In this document: positions 25,792-35,495 of the stretch, one piece after another | Position numbering within the stretch: the first letter of the stretch is position 1 | Layout of the letters: every line of letters starts with the position of its first letter | DNA from: an uncultured Gammaproteobacteria bacterium | GTDB taxonomy: Bacteria > Patescibacteriota > Patescibacteriia > Patescibacteriales > UBA12465 | NCBI GenBank assembly: GCA_964435515.1 | Contig: CAYSZD010000003.1 | Location: 13,080 to 77,079, forward strand | Length of the DNA stretch: 64,000 nucleotides | Direction of reading: 5' to 3' | Translations under genes and position numbers: made by a program | The notes under the pieces: model-generated | What the model was told of the DNA's origin: nothing | Seen by the model: only the letters and a program-made list of their open reading frames with translations | The model's database searches: none

Positions 25792-27246
25792 TTAAGCCTG
25801 ATTATTTTCCAAATTTAAACGAGGAAATAAAGTAGGGCTTTTAGTTATTTGTTTTTGAGAAAATAGATTCATAATCTGGTTAGCAGTTGATGGTAAAAAG
25901 GGCTGAAGCATAATAGCAATATCTAATACTTGTTGAGCTAAGGGCTTTAAAACTGCAGCAATTTCATTTACATTCTTCATCTTCCAGGGAGCCTGATTAC
26001 TCAAACTCTCATTACACATAGCAATCTCTTGCCAGATAAATTGAAGCGCTCTATTAAATTGATATTTCTCCATATTAGACTTAAATTCTGATTTATTTAA
26101 AGCTAAACTCTGATCAATTTGTAAATTAGTTTCAATAGCATTTTTTTCTAACAAATTACTAAGGCGAGAAACTAAATTACCTAAACCATTGGCTAAATCT
26201 GCATTATACCTAAGCATTAAATGATTTTCAGAAAAATCACCATCTTCAAAAACAGGAATATCACTTAATAAATAATAGCGTAAAGCCTCTGTCCCATATT
26301 TTTCAACCATATCAACAGGATCAACAACATTAGCCAAGCTTTTACTCATTTTTTTACCTTCATTAGTAAGAAAGCCAAAAATAAGAACCTGCTTAGATGG
26401 TAAAATACCAGCTGACATAAGCATGGCTTGCCACATAGCTGTTTGCTGTCTTAAATTATCTTTTCCGCAAACTTGTACTGCTGGCCAAAAATCTTTAAAT
26501 TCCCCTTCTTCATTAGGCCAGTCCAGGGTAGAAATATAATTAACTAAAGCATCAAACCAAACATACATTACCTGTTCATCATCCCCTGGCACAGCTACAC
26601 CATTGGACATTTTAGATTTAAGGCGTGAAATACTAAAATCTTGCAGACCAGCGGCAACGAAATTTCTGATTTCCTTAAAACGATGGCTAGGCACAACAAA
26701 GTCTGTGTGATTATCATAAAAATCTAACAAAGCTTGTTGATATTTGGAAAAACGAAAAAAATAATTTTCCTCATCAATAACTTCTAGGGCTTTATTAGGA
26801 TGTAGAGGACATAAACCATTTTCTAATTCAGAATCTGTTTTTTCCATTTCACAACCAACGCAATATTTAAGTTTATAACTCTTCTTATAAATATCCCCCT
26901 TAGCAAAACATAAATTCCAAAAAGCTTGAGCAGCCTTTTGATGATTTTCATCCGAAGTACGAATAAAATGGGTAAAACTCAAATTTAAAACATCTTTTAA
27001 TGATTTAAAATTATTAGCCAGGCTATCGCAATACTCACGAGGAGACAGTTTAGCTATTTCAGCTTGTTCTTGAATTTTTAAACCATGTTCGTCAGTACCA
27101 GTATTAAATATTACTTTTTTTCCTAATAAAGATTGATAACGAGCAATAGCATCTGCTTTTATAATTTCAGCAGCAAAACCAATATGAGGCTTGGCATTAG
27201 TATATGGTAAAGTGGTAGTAATATAAAAATTATTTTGTTCAATCAT
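25792..27246 (-). CDS. metG: methionyl-tRNA synthetase (short form)
   Basis: PYTNAKPHIGF (HIGH-like), YVWFDAL and KMSKS. No C-terminal tRNA-binding appendix. Confidence 0.92.
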   Translation of the reverse strand: MIEQNNFYITTTLPYTNAKPHIGFAAEIIKADAIARYQSLLGKKVIFNTGTDEHGLKIQEQAEIAKLSPREYCDSLANNFKSLKDVLNLSFTHFIRTSDENHQKAAQAFWNLCFAKGDIYKKSYKLKYCVGCEMEKTDSELENGLCPLHPNKALEVIDEENYFFRFSKYQQALLDFYDNHTDFVVPSHRFKEIRNFVAAGLQDFSISRLKSKMSNGVAVPGDDEQVMYVWFDALVNYISTLDWPNEEGEFKDFWPAVQVCGKDNLRQQTAMWQAMLMSAGILPSKQVLIFGFLTNEGKKMSKSLANVVDPVDMVEKYGTEALRYYLLSDIPVFEDGDFSENHLMLRYNADLANGLGNLVSRLSNLLEKNAIETNLQIDQSLALNKSEFKSNMEKYQFNRALQFIWQEIAMCNESLSNQAPWKMKNVNEIAAVLKPLAQQVLDIAIMLQPFLPSTANQIMNLFSQKQITKSPTLFPRLNLENNQA

Positions 27247-27250
27247 AAAT

Positions 27251-27952
27251 TTATTTAATATTTCTTAAAAGGATAACAAACTCTCCTTTTTGCATTTCAG
27301 TATCTGCCTCTAATTTTTCGAGTAAATCATCAGGCCCACCAAAATAAATACTCTCATATAACTTACTTAATTCTCGAGCAATCATAATTTCTAGCTTGCG
27401 ACCAGATTCTTTTTGTATAACTGCTATTTCTTTTAAACATTTAGCCAAACGATGCTTTGATTCATAGAACACGGAGACATAAGAACTGCTAATTATTTTT
27501 TTAAGCATGGTTTGTCTACCTTTTTTATGAGGCAAAAAACCAAAAAATGTAAAGCGATCCACTGGCCAACCAGAAATAGACAGAGCACTTATTAGCGCGC
27601 TAGGACCAGGTAAAGGGCTAATTACAACTTCGCTACCATACCTTTCTCTTACAGCTGCCACTAACACGGAACCTGGATCAGATATACCCGGAGTACCAGC
27701 ATCAGAAACTAAAACTAAATTTTTACCTTCAGCTAAATAATTTAAAATCTGCTCAATCTTAGAAATTTTAGAATGCTGATGATATGATAATGTTTTATTT
27801 TTTATCTCATAACGATTTAATAATCGCTGAGTCACACGAGTATCTTCACATAAAACATAATCGGCCTCTCGTAGAATACGCAAGGCCCTTAAACTAATAT
27901 CTTCTAAATTACCAATAGGCGTTCCCGCCACATACAAATTTCCCATCGACAT
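27251..27952 (-). CDS. rsmI: 16S rRNA (cytidine1402-2'-O)-methyltransferase
   Basis: LYVAGTPIGNLEDISLRALRILREADYVLCEDTR and SDAGTPGISDPG. Confidence 0.9.
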   Translation of the reverse strand: MSMGNLYVAGTPIGNLEDISLRALRILREADYVLCEDTRVTQRLLNRYEIKNKTLSYHQHSKISKIEQILNYLAEGKNLVLVSDAGTPGISDPGSVLVAAVRERYGSEVVISPLPGPSALISALSISGWPVDRFTFFGFLPHKKGRQTMLKKIISSSYVSVFYESKHRLAKCLKEIAVIQKESGRKLEIMIARELSKLYESIYFGGPDDLLEKLEADTEMQKGEFVILLRNIK

Positions 27953-27953
27953 A

Positions 27954-29678
27954 TTAAACCATATTATCTTTACGTTCTTTAATATATTTAGTCCAATCTT
28001 CAGCTATATCAACTAAAATTTTAAACGGTGCCTCGATAATAAAGTCGAAAATAAATATAAAAATATTAATTTTTGACATATTTCCCGACAACCATTTACC
28101 TGCCATAATTATTGGCATATAAAAAAGATCTAGCAGAAAACTAAAGATATTTTCTTTCTTTTCAATTACCAACAACTCTTTTACTCCTCTTGTAACAATA
28201 ATACTGAAGAAGCTTACAAAAGCTAAGAAGAATAAGAAAATAACAATGCTAACCCAATTAAAATTAACTTTTCCTAAAAGCCAAACAATAAAATAAATAG
28301 ATAATACAAAGGTACTAAAATAAACTAAATTAAATATAGAGTTAATCACAAATCCTCTTTTCTGAGGATTACGTAATTTAATAGGATTACTTCTACCCGC
28401 ACCAACTATAGCAATTTCTTTTACCCCTTCTACAATCCTCTCGGTATTATTTTTATCTGGGATTCTAGTAAAAGATACGATAAAGAATAACAATACAGCG
28501 GGAAAAGAAATATTAATTGCTAAAGAAACATAATTTAAAGGTTGGTTAAACCAATTAATAGCAGGAATTTCAATCAGTAATACAAAAATTGATTTAGTAA
28601 GAAAAATATAAATAATACTTCTAAAGGCAGCTCGCCATAAACGTGATTTTGCTTTTTTATATTTTTGATTGCAGACCTTACGAACAGCGTTAAAAAAAGT
28701 TTTGGGATTATATTTAAATTCATTATATACTTTAGCTGGATCACCATCGATAGTTTCTTGTAAAACGGTAAAATAAAGAGCATAGCGACGCACAATGCGA
28801 TCAAGTTGTTTTTTTAGAGGATGTTTTAATTGATAATTAATTATCTCTCTTAAATCTTGAATACTAGCTGCTATTTGACTGATTTGTTCCTCTTTAGGGC
28901 TAAACATTAAGTCTGCTCTTTCCCCTATCCAGCCTTGATTGTAGTATTTAAATAAAACAAAAGCTAACATATCCTCGTCAAAACGAGAATAATTACGACT
29001 AATACTTAAATATATTTGAATATCCAAATCACGTGCATAAGGTAAATCGGTTGGTAAAGTAATTCCCTTTTCTAAAGTATCGAACATTACATTGACCATC
29101 GCCTGCTTAGTTTGACTTTTAACTAAACCCTCCTCAATTTCACAAGCAGCTAAGTTAAGAATCCAAACTACTAAACTATTTTTATCTTGAAAAGAATTTT
29201 TTGCCTTCTTTAAATCCGTATTAAGATTTACTTTAGAATCAAAAGTTTTTAACATCGCCTCTCTCAGCTTCAGATACTTATCTAAAATATTAGCCACCTC
29301 CTTCACCTTACTTTCCGGTAAAGAGTTATTGGGTAAATAACTGGCGCGAATAAGTTCAGCTAAAAGATGATTAGATAATTCTTCTGTACTAGAAATTTTA
29401 AGTAAACCCTCAATTCTAATTTGACGTTTTAAAATACGAGCAATGGCATTTTTACGTAATAGATGATCTTCGTCATAATCTACAGCATTACGAATCTTTT
29501 CATAAAAAAAAGCCATCTTAGAGATAAGCTCAGATACCTGTAAACGAGGTGCTTCATCGTCTACCCCTACTTTACGATTCAAATCATTATAAATAGCCTG
29601 AAAAAGTTTTTTGGCATTATCATTAAGCTCCTCTGAGCCGCTTTCAATTTTTTTAGTTGATAGATTAGGACTAACCAT
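27954..29678 (-). CDS. large multi-pass membrane protein of unknown function
   Basis: 574 aa: ~340-aa soluble helical N-terminal region followed by at least 5 hydrophobic helices. No catalytic motif recognised. Confidence 0.6.
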   Translation of the reverse strand: MVSPNLSTKKIESGSEELNDNAKKLFQAIYNDLNRKVGVDDEAPRLQVSELISKMAFFYEKIRNAVDYDEDHLLRKNAIARILKRQIRIEGLLKISSTEELSNHLLAELIRASYLPNNSLPESKVKEVANILDKYLKLREAMLKTFDSKVNLNTDLKKAKNSFQDKNSLVVWILNLAACEIEEGLVKSQTKQAMVNVMFDTLEKGITLPTDLPYARDLDIQIYLSISRNYSRFDEDMLAFVLFKYYNQGWIGERADLMFSPKEEQISQIAASIQDLREIINYQLKHPLKKQLDRIVRRYALYFTVLQETIDGDPAKVYNEFKYNPKTFFNAVRKVCNQKYKKAKSRLWRAAFRSIIYIFLTKSIFVLLIEIPAINWFNQPLNYVSLAINISFPAVLLFFIVSFTRIPDKNNTERIVEGVKEIAIVGAGRSNPIKLRNPQKRGFVINSIFNLVYFSTFVLSIYFIVWLLGKVNFNWVSIVIFLFFLAFVSFFSIIVTRGVKELLVIEKKENIFSFLLDLFYMPIIMAGKWLSGNMSKINIFIFIFDFIIEAPFKILVDIAEDWTKYIKERKDNMV

Positions 29679-29775
29679 AGTTTATATAATTCCCTTTCAT
29701 TTTATCTTGTTTATCTTTAAAAAACAAGCTCTAAATATAAGTTTATAAATTATGTCTACTTATTAAAAATAAATC

Positions 29776-29804
29776 TTGACATAAGTGAAGCATTTCGCTA
29801 ATAT
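29776..29804 (+). promoter_or_regulatory. sigma70-type promoter of the secE-nusG-rplK-rplA cluster (TTGACA-17-TAATAT)
   Basis: TTGACA at 29776-29781, 17-nt spacer, TAATAT at 29799-29804. Confidence 0.75.
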
Positions 29805-29864
29805 ATAAACAGATATAAAGAGTGGCCGTGAGGGCTCTTTTTAGTATTTAATTTTTTATCTAAT

Positions 29865-30050
29865 ATGAGCAAAATTAAACGTTACATTCAACAAGCAATT
29901 GAAGAGTTAAAAAAAGTGACCTGGCCAAGTAAAAAAGAGACCTATCAATATACTGTCTTAGTTATTGGTATATCTTTAGCGGTAGCCGCCTTTTTAGGTG
30001 CGCTAGATTTTGTCTTTAATCTTGGTTTTCAAGAATTACTCATTCAATAA
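29865..30050 (+). CDS. secE: preprotein translocase subunit SecE
   Basis: 61 aa. ELKKVTWPSKKET followed by a single TM helix, in the canonical position before nusG. Confidence 0.9.
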   Translation: MSKIKRYIQQAIEELKKVTWPSKKETYQYTVLVIGISLAVAAFLGALDFVFNLGFQELLIQ

Positions 30051-30102
30051 TTTAATTTTTCAGTATAATTTAGGATAATTACAATATTCCTAAAATAAAA
30101 AT

Positions 30103-30648
30103 ATGGCTAAACAACTTTTAAATCAAGGGAGGCGCTGGTATGTGCTCCACACCTATTCCGGCTACGAAGAAAACGTAGCTCAGAATCTAAAGCAAAGAGT
30201 TGAATCGTTGGATATGGAAAATAAGATTTTTAACATCCTTATTCCTACTGAAAAGAAGATTAAAATTAAAAATGGTAAACGTAAAGTAATGGAAGAAAAA
30301 ATATTTCCTGGCTATATCTTAGTAGAAATGGAAGTAACTGATGATTCTTGGTATGTAGTTAGAAATACACCAAATGTAACTGGTTTTATTGGCACTGGCA
30401 CTATTCCTACCCCAATTAGCGAAGAAGAAGTAAAAGGATTACAGAAAAGAATGGGTGTAGAAGATCCAAAATTCACTATCGATGTAGCTGTTGGTTCTTC
30501 AGTTCAAATTAATGAAGGTCCATTTAAAAACATGGAGGGAAAAGTTACTAGCATTGATGAAGCTAAAGGAAAGGTAAAAGTATCAGTATCTATGTTTGGC
30601 CGCGAAACACCAGTTGAATTAGACTTTCTACAAATTAAAAAATCCTAA
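30103..30648 (+). CDS. nusG: transcription termination/antitermination factor NusG
   Basis: RWYVLHTYSGYEENV, the NGN domain, and a C-terminal KOW (GPFKNMEGKVTSID). Confidence 0.95.
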   Translation: MAKQLLNQGRRWYVLHTYSGYEENVAQNLKQRVESLDMENKIFNILIPTEKKIKIKNGKRKVMEEKIFPGYILVEMEVTDDSWYVVRNTPNVTGFIGTGTIPTPISEEEVKGLQKRMGVEDPKFTIDVAVGSSVQINEGPFKNMEGKVTSIDEAKGKVKVSVSMFGRETPVELDFLQIKKS

Positions 30649-30700
30649 AAGATAAATCAGCTGAGAGGCCAGCTTCTACCATTTCAGCTCTAACAATAAT

Positions 30701-31126
30701 ATGGCAAAAAAATTAAAAACAAAAATCAAATTACAAATTCCAGGAGGTCAAGCTAATCCAGCTCCTCCAGTTGGTCCAGCTTTAGGTCAACATGGTTTAA
30801 ATATTTCAGAATTCTGTCAAAAATTTAATGAAGCTACTAGAGATAAAATGGGTGATATTATTCCAGTAGAAATTTCCGTTTACGAAGATCGTAGCTATGA
30901 TTTCATTCTCAAAACTCCTCCAGCAGCAGAACTTATTAAAAAAGCAGCTGGTATTACCAAAGGTTCAGGTAAGCCAAGATCAGACAAAGTCGGAAAACTT
31001 AGCACTGCTCAATTAGCAGAAATAGCTAAAACTAAAATGCCTGATTTAAATGCTAAAGATTTAGATGCAGCCATGAACATTATTAAAGGTACTGCTCGTC
31101 AAATGGGAGTCGAGATTAAAGATTAA
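30701..31126 (+). CDS. rplK: 50S ribosomal protein L11
   Basis: [27 protein letters not shown]. Confidence 0.96.
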   Translation: MAKKLKTKIKLQIPGGQANPAPPVGPALGQHGLNISEFCQKFNEATRDKMGDIIPVEISVYEDRSYDFILKTPPAAELIKKAAGITKGSGKPRSDKVGKLSTAQLAEIAKTKMPDLNAKDLDAAMNIIKGTARQMGVEIKD

Positions 31127-31175
31127 TTAATATAATTGTGGGAGCTATATTTAGCGTCTAACCACGAACATACAT

Positions 31176-31874
31176 ATGAAAAAAACTGAAACTAAACAAA
31201 AAGTTAAAAAAGTAAACTATTCCGAAATATACGATAAACTAAAAGCCTACAGCCTGAATGAAGCTATTTCAATTTTAAAGAAAATTAGTAAAACTAAATT
31301 TGATCCTTCTGTTGAAGTTCACATTAGATTAGGTATTAATCCTAAAAAAAGCGATCAACAAGTAAGAGGAGCCGTTAGTCTTCCTCATGGTACTGGAAAA
31401 ACTATTAAAATTGCCGCTTTTGTTGCACCTGAAAACGAAGAAGCTTGTCGCAAGGCTGGCGCAGATTTTGTAGGTGGTGATGATTTAATTGCTGAAATCA
31501 AGAAAACTGAAAAAACTGATTTTGAAGTAGCCGTAGCCGAACCTTTAATGATGAGAAATTTAGCTGTTATTGCTAAAATCTTGGGTACTCGCGGTTTAAT
31601 GCCTTCACCAAAAAATGATACTGTATCCCCTACCCCAGCTAAAGCAGTAGAAGAGCTAAAAAAGGGTAAAATTAGCTTTAAAAATGATGATACTAGCAAT
31701 TTACATGCTGTTATTGGTAAATTAAGCTTTGAGGATAAAAAGCTATTAGAAAATTTTAAAGCCTTAATTGATAACATCCGTAAGGTTAAACCAGCTTCAG
31801 CTAAAGGCTCATATATTAAGGCTGTATCTATTTGTAGCTCTATGAGTCCAAGTATTAAAATTGACTTAGTCTAA
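31176..31874 (+). CDS. rplA: 50S ribosomal protein L1
   Basis: FDPSVEVHIRLGINPKKSDQQVRG...LPHGTGK. Confidence 0.95.
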   Translation: MKKTETKQKVKKVNYSEIYDKLKAYSLNEAISILKKISKTKFDPSVEVHIRLGINPKKSDQQVRGAVSLPHGTGKTIKIAAFVAPENEEACRKAGADFVGGDDLIAEIKKTEKTDFEVAVAEPLMMRNLAVIAKILGTRGLMPSPKNDTVSPTPAKAVEELKKGKISFKNDDTSNLHAVIGKLSFEDKKLLENFKALIDNIRKVKPASAKGSYIKAVSICSSMSPSIKIDLV

Positions 31875-31879
31875 AGCTC

Positions 31880-31908
31880 TTGACTTTTTTCTCAGAAAAA
31901 GCTATTAT
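31880..31908 (+). promoter_or_regulatory. candidate promoter of the RRM-protein gene (TTGACT-17-TATTAT)
   Basis: TTGACT at 31880-31885, 17-nt spacer, TATTAT at 31903-31908. It lies directly after the rplA stop. Confidence 0.5.
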
Positions 31909-31938
31909 TATAATGTAAGTTTTGTTAAGAAACACGAG

Positions 31939-31982
31939 CGGCTAGTTCATTTCGTTTCTACTTAAACGAAATGAACTAGCCG
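31939..31982 (+). promoter_or_regulatory. perfect 19-bp hairpin (6-nt loop) in the rplA-rbp intergenic region: 5'UTR element or rplA terminator
   Basis: CGGCTAGTTCATTTCGTTT-CTACTT-AAACGAAATGAACTAGCCG followed by TTTGT. A second 9-bp hairpin lies at 31990-32018. Confidence 0.7.
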
Positions 31983-32076
31983 TTTGTAGTTTGTAGGCAA
32001 CAAAGGTCGCCTTACAAATTTGTTAAAAGAAAATATTTTATTCCCTGCTAAGGCAGTGATTAAAATTAGAAAAAAA

Positions 32077-32334
32077 ATGAAGAAATTATTTGTAGGTGGA
32101 TTATCTTTTCAGACCACCGATCAAGTTTTAGCGGATGCTTTCGCTAAAGCTGGTAATGTTGTTTCTGCTGTTATCATTCAAGATAGAATGACACAGCGCT
32201 CAAAGGGATTTGGTTTCGTTGAAATGGAAACTGAAGAAGAAGCTCAAGCTGCTATTTCTATGTGGAACGGTCAAGAACTTGACGGACGCCGCGTAGCAGT
32301 AAATGAAGCTCGCCCAATGGAAAAGCGCTTCTAA
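32077..32334 (+). CDS. RRM-type RNA-binding protein
   Basis: RNP2 KLFVGGL and RNP1 KGFGFVEM. 85 aa from ATG 32077; the TTG at 32020 is rejected as the start. Confidence 0.88.
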   Translation: MKKLFVGGLSFQTTDQVLADAFAKAGNVVSAVIIQDRMTQRSKGFGFVEMETEEEAQAAISMWNGQELDGRRVAVNEARPMEKRF

Positions 32335-32354
32335 ACTATTCGCTGAAATACACT

Positions 32355-32387
32355 AAAAAAACTTCCGTGTTAAAACGGAAGTTTTTT
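32355..32387. terminator. bidirectional terminator between the rbp and PPIase genes
   Basis: ACTTCCGT / ACGGAAGT stem with a 6-nt loop, A6 upstream and T5 downstream. Confidence 0.8.
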
Positions 32388-32419
32388 AGTTTATCTAAAC
32401 TATATTATATAAAGCACTT

Positions 32420-33208
32420 TTATTTAGTGAGCACTATATTATTAATAGTAATATTTTTCAAAGGGTGATCGTTAGCATTCACCTCTACTGCCTCAATGGC
32501 TCTTATTACATCCATACCACCAACAACTTCACCAAAATTGGTATGAGCCCCATCTAACCAAGGAGTAGCAGTAGCTGTAACTATAAAAAACTGAGAACCA
32601 TTAGTACCAGGTCCACTATTAGCCATCGCTAAAGATCCCGCCACTAATTTATGAGTATTAATTTCATCATTAAATTTATATTTAGGGCCGCCAAAGCCAT
32701 GAGTAGACCAATCTGTGCTTTTACTATTTGGATCGCCTCCCTGAATCATAAAGTCCTTAATAACTCTATGAAAAATAGTACCGTTATAAAATCCAGCCTG
32801 AGCTAAATTCATAAAATTATTAACCGTTACTGGTGAATCTTGATTATAAAAACTTAAAGTTATATCGCCAGCGCTAGTTTTAATAATAGCTCCTTTATAT
32901 TGAGAAACTAAATCGGCCTGCTCACTAGGTGCTAATATTTTATTTTCACTAAGATCTTCTTCATCTTTGCTTGTGTCAGTTTTTGTAATTTGCTCATCCT
33001 CTATTGAACCAGGATTATTTTCGGCAATTAACTCGCCATATTCTAATTTTTGACTTACATCATTTGACTGACTTCCGGCAGTCGATGTTTTTTTTGGTGG
33101 TAAATTCATATTGTCATTAACGTTAGGAATATCTGCCCCGCAAGCAGACAATAGTAATACTAAAGCCGCTAACACAGTGAGAGATAAAAATTTATAAGAT
33201 TTGTACAT
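32420..33208 (-). CDS. cyclophilin-type peptidyl-prolyl isomerase, lipoprotein
   Basis: Lipobox LLLSACG. Cyclophilin motifs FHRVIKDFMIQGGDP and GSQFFI. Confidence 0.88.
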   Translation of the reverse strand: MYKSYKFLSLTVLAALVLLLSACGADIPNVNDNMNLPPKKTSTAGSQSNDVSQKLEYGELIAENNPGSIEDEQITKTDTSKDEEDLSENKILAPSEQADLVSQYKGAIIKTSAGDITLSFYNQDSPVTVNNFMNLAQAGFYNGTIFHRVIKDFMIQGGDPNSKSTDWSTHGFGGPKYKFNDEINTHKLVAGSLAMANSGPGTNGSQFFIVTATATPWLDGAHTNFGEVVGGMDVIRAIEAVEVNANDHPLKNITINNIVLTK

Positions 33209-33242
33209 ATTTTTAATTAATTATATATTATATCTAATATAA

Positions 33243-34706
33243 TTAGACTTTAAATTTTCTTTGCATATCTTTATCGTCCCCTTCTCTTTTTTCTTCTATT
33301 AATTCTTTAGCTTTTTTTCTTAAGCTATCTAAATCCTCTTTAGCTAAATTTTCTGATCTTTTTAATAATAATTTTTTATTATTTAATTCTGGATTTTCTA
33401 AAACTTCACCTAATAGTACATCTAAAATTGCTCCTAATTTAGGTCCTGCTTCTAACCCTAAATCATTCATTAAATCGTGACCATTTATTTTAAGCATCTT
33501 AACTGAAATCGGATCATTTTGCACCTTTTCCATCATATACTGAAGATGTCTTAGTTTATAAGGCATAGCTTTGGGCGTGCCAGAACCTAAACGATCAGCC
33601 ACACGTAAATGGATCAAATCTTGAAGATTGTCACGACCAACCTTATTAATAAGTCTCCTAACTGATGCAGCAGTAACCTCACCCACATTATAATAAAACA
33701 TGTGGTTTCTGACTAGATTAACGACTCTTTCTCTGTCTTCATTATTAAACTTTAAACGCAACATTATTCTATCAACCATTTTAGCGCCTACATACTCATG
33801 ATTATAAAAAGTAGCTTGACCATCAATAAAACGCTTAGTTTTAGGTTTAGCAACATCATGCAACAAAGCTGCTAAACGTACTTGCCATTCTTTACTTGGA
33901 CAATGCTTTAATGAAAGAATATTATGTTTAAAAACTTGATAAACATGATGATGATTTTGATTAACGCCAACACCTTGTTCTAGTTCGGGAATAATATACT
34001 GTAATAATTTAGAATCATGAAGAAGCATTATACCCTCTGCCGGACTATCCGATGATAATATTTTAATAAATTCATCCCTCACTCTTTCTTTAGCTACAAA
34101 TTTAATACTACCAGCTAACTTCACTATAGCTCTTTGAGTTTTAGGCTCCAAACTAAAGCCTAATTGAGTGGTAAATCTAAGCGCCCTTAACATCCGCAAA
34201 GCATCTTCTTTAAAACGATCTATGGGCTCTCCAACCGCACGTACAACTTTCTTCTTTAAATCTTTTTGTCCACCAAAAAGATCAATCATCTTAAAATTAT
34301 GTCCGCTCAATAAAAATTCTCCATCTTCATCTAAACTAAGCGCCATGGCATTAATGGTAAAATCTCTTCTTTCCAAATCTTTATCTAGTTCTGTTTCAAA
34401 TTTTATTTCATCAGGATGACGTCTGTCAGAATAAGCTCTCTCGCTGCGGTAAGTAGTAATTTCTACTACTCCGAGCAAATCATCACCTTCTCTGACGGGA
34501 ATTAATACTGTGCCAAAATCATTTTCATATTTAGCCTCTTCAAATATTGCTAGTATCTCTTCCGGTTTGGCCAAAGTAGTTAAATCCCAATCTTTAACAT
34601 CACGAAGAAGAATACTATCACGAACACAACCGCCAACCAATTCTACACTAAAACCAGCGCTTTTAAGACGCTGCATTATATCTATAATGTAATTAGGAAT
34701 ATTCAT
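33243..34706 (-). CDS. cca: CCA-adding tRNA nucleotidyltransferase with an HD domain
   Basis: GGCVRDSILLRDVKDWDLTT, RDFTINAM, an HD region (LHDVAKP...NHE) and a C-terminal extension. Confidence 0.85.
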   Translation of the reverse strand: MNIPNYIIDIMQRLKSAGFSVELVGGCVRDSILLRDVKDWDLTTLAKPEEILAIFEEAKYENDFGTVLIPVREGDDLLGVVEITTYRSERAYSDRRHPDEIKFETELDKDLERRDFTINAMALSLDEDGEFLLSGHNFKMIDLFGGQKDLKKKVVRAVGEPIDRFKEDALRMLRALRFTTQLGFSLEPKTQRAIVKLAGSIKFVAKERVRDEFIKILSSDSPAEGIMLLHDSKLLQYIIPELEQGVGVNQNHHHVYQVFKHNILSLKHCPSKEWQVRLAALLHDVAKPKTKRFIDGQATFYNHEYVGAKMVDRIMLRLKFNNEDRERVVNLVRNHMFYYNVGEVTAASVRRLINKVGRDNLQDLIHLRVADRLGSGTPKAMPYKLRHLQYMMEKVQNDPISVKMLKINGHDLMNDLGLEAGPKLGAILDVLLGEVLENPELNNKKLLLKRSENLAKEDLDSLRKKAKELIEEKREGDDKDMQRKFKV

Positions 34707-34712
34707 GAATAA

Positions 34713-35471
34713 TTATTTTTTAGCTGCTAAATCTTTATACAAATGATAGGAATAAGCTAAAAGTACAGGAGTAAGCAGCGTGCTTAATACATTAACTACG
34801 AAAGAATAGCTTTTAGCAATATTATCTTGTAAATATTCAACTGGTATACTAATAATCATTACTAAAATAGTGTAAATTAAAGCAATTAATATAAACCTTC
34901 CAAGCACTGGCCACCAATATCCTTTCACTAATTCTTTACTACGCCTTAACGCTTCTCTTGTACTCTTTATACCTTCAACAATAACCAACATAGTGGCAAA
35001 TGCCCAATAGCCATAGAAAATAATACCAGGAATAATAAGCGCACAAAATAACAACATCAATAATATTCCAGAAAGAATACTTATCACTAAATAATTAACA
35101 ATATATTTATTACTTTTAATAAAAGCCTGCCTAACTTGTAACTTTGGATGGGTAATTAAAATCCAGATACCAATATGAGCTCTGATGCCATAATAGAGGG
35201 CCCACAAAGACGCTAACACCAGAGCAATAACAGCTATAATGATAGCAATCATAGACTCTTGCATGGCATTTTGAAAAAAATAATTTATTAAAATAATCAT
35301 CAATGCTATGGCAAAAAGAGGTAAAGCGCCTAAAGCTCCCCAAAGATACATTTCAATAAAATCTAAAAAATGCTTTCTGTATAATTGCCAAGATTTACGA
35401 AGCAAAGTCCAAGAACTCTCTAATTTAGGCCGAAAGTATTTTTCATTTTTTTCAATTTTTTTATTTTTCAT
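34713..35471 (-). CDS. multi-pass membrane protein of unknown function
   Basis: 252 aa with about 6 hydrophobic helices. No motif recognised. Confidence 0.55.
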   Translation of the reverse strand: MKNKKIEKNEKYFRPKLESSWTLLRKSWQLYRKHFLDFIEMYLWGALGALPLFAIALMIILINYFFQNAMQESMIAIIIAVIALVLASLWALYYGIRAHIGIWILITHPKLQVRQAFIKSNKYIVNYLVISILSGILLMLLFCALIIPGIIFYGYWAFATMLVIVEGIKSTREALRRSKELVKGYWWPVLGRFILIALIYTILVMIISIPVEYLQDNIAKSYSFVVNVLSTLLTPVLLAYSYHLYKDLAAKK

Positions 35472-35495
35472 ATTTTTAAAATAAATATATTGATT

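Noticed and set aside
29679-29864. Expected tRNA-Trp or rpmG (L33) upstream of secE.
   Set aside because: No cloverleaf-compatible sequence and no ~50-aa basic ORF is present. The only ORF there is 4 codons long. The region is explained by divergent promoters.
31939-31982. The 19-bp perfect hairpin as a MITE or REP-type mobile repeat.
   Set aside because: I found no second copy of the arm sequence anywhere in the window, and there are no flanking direct repeats.
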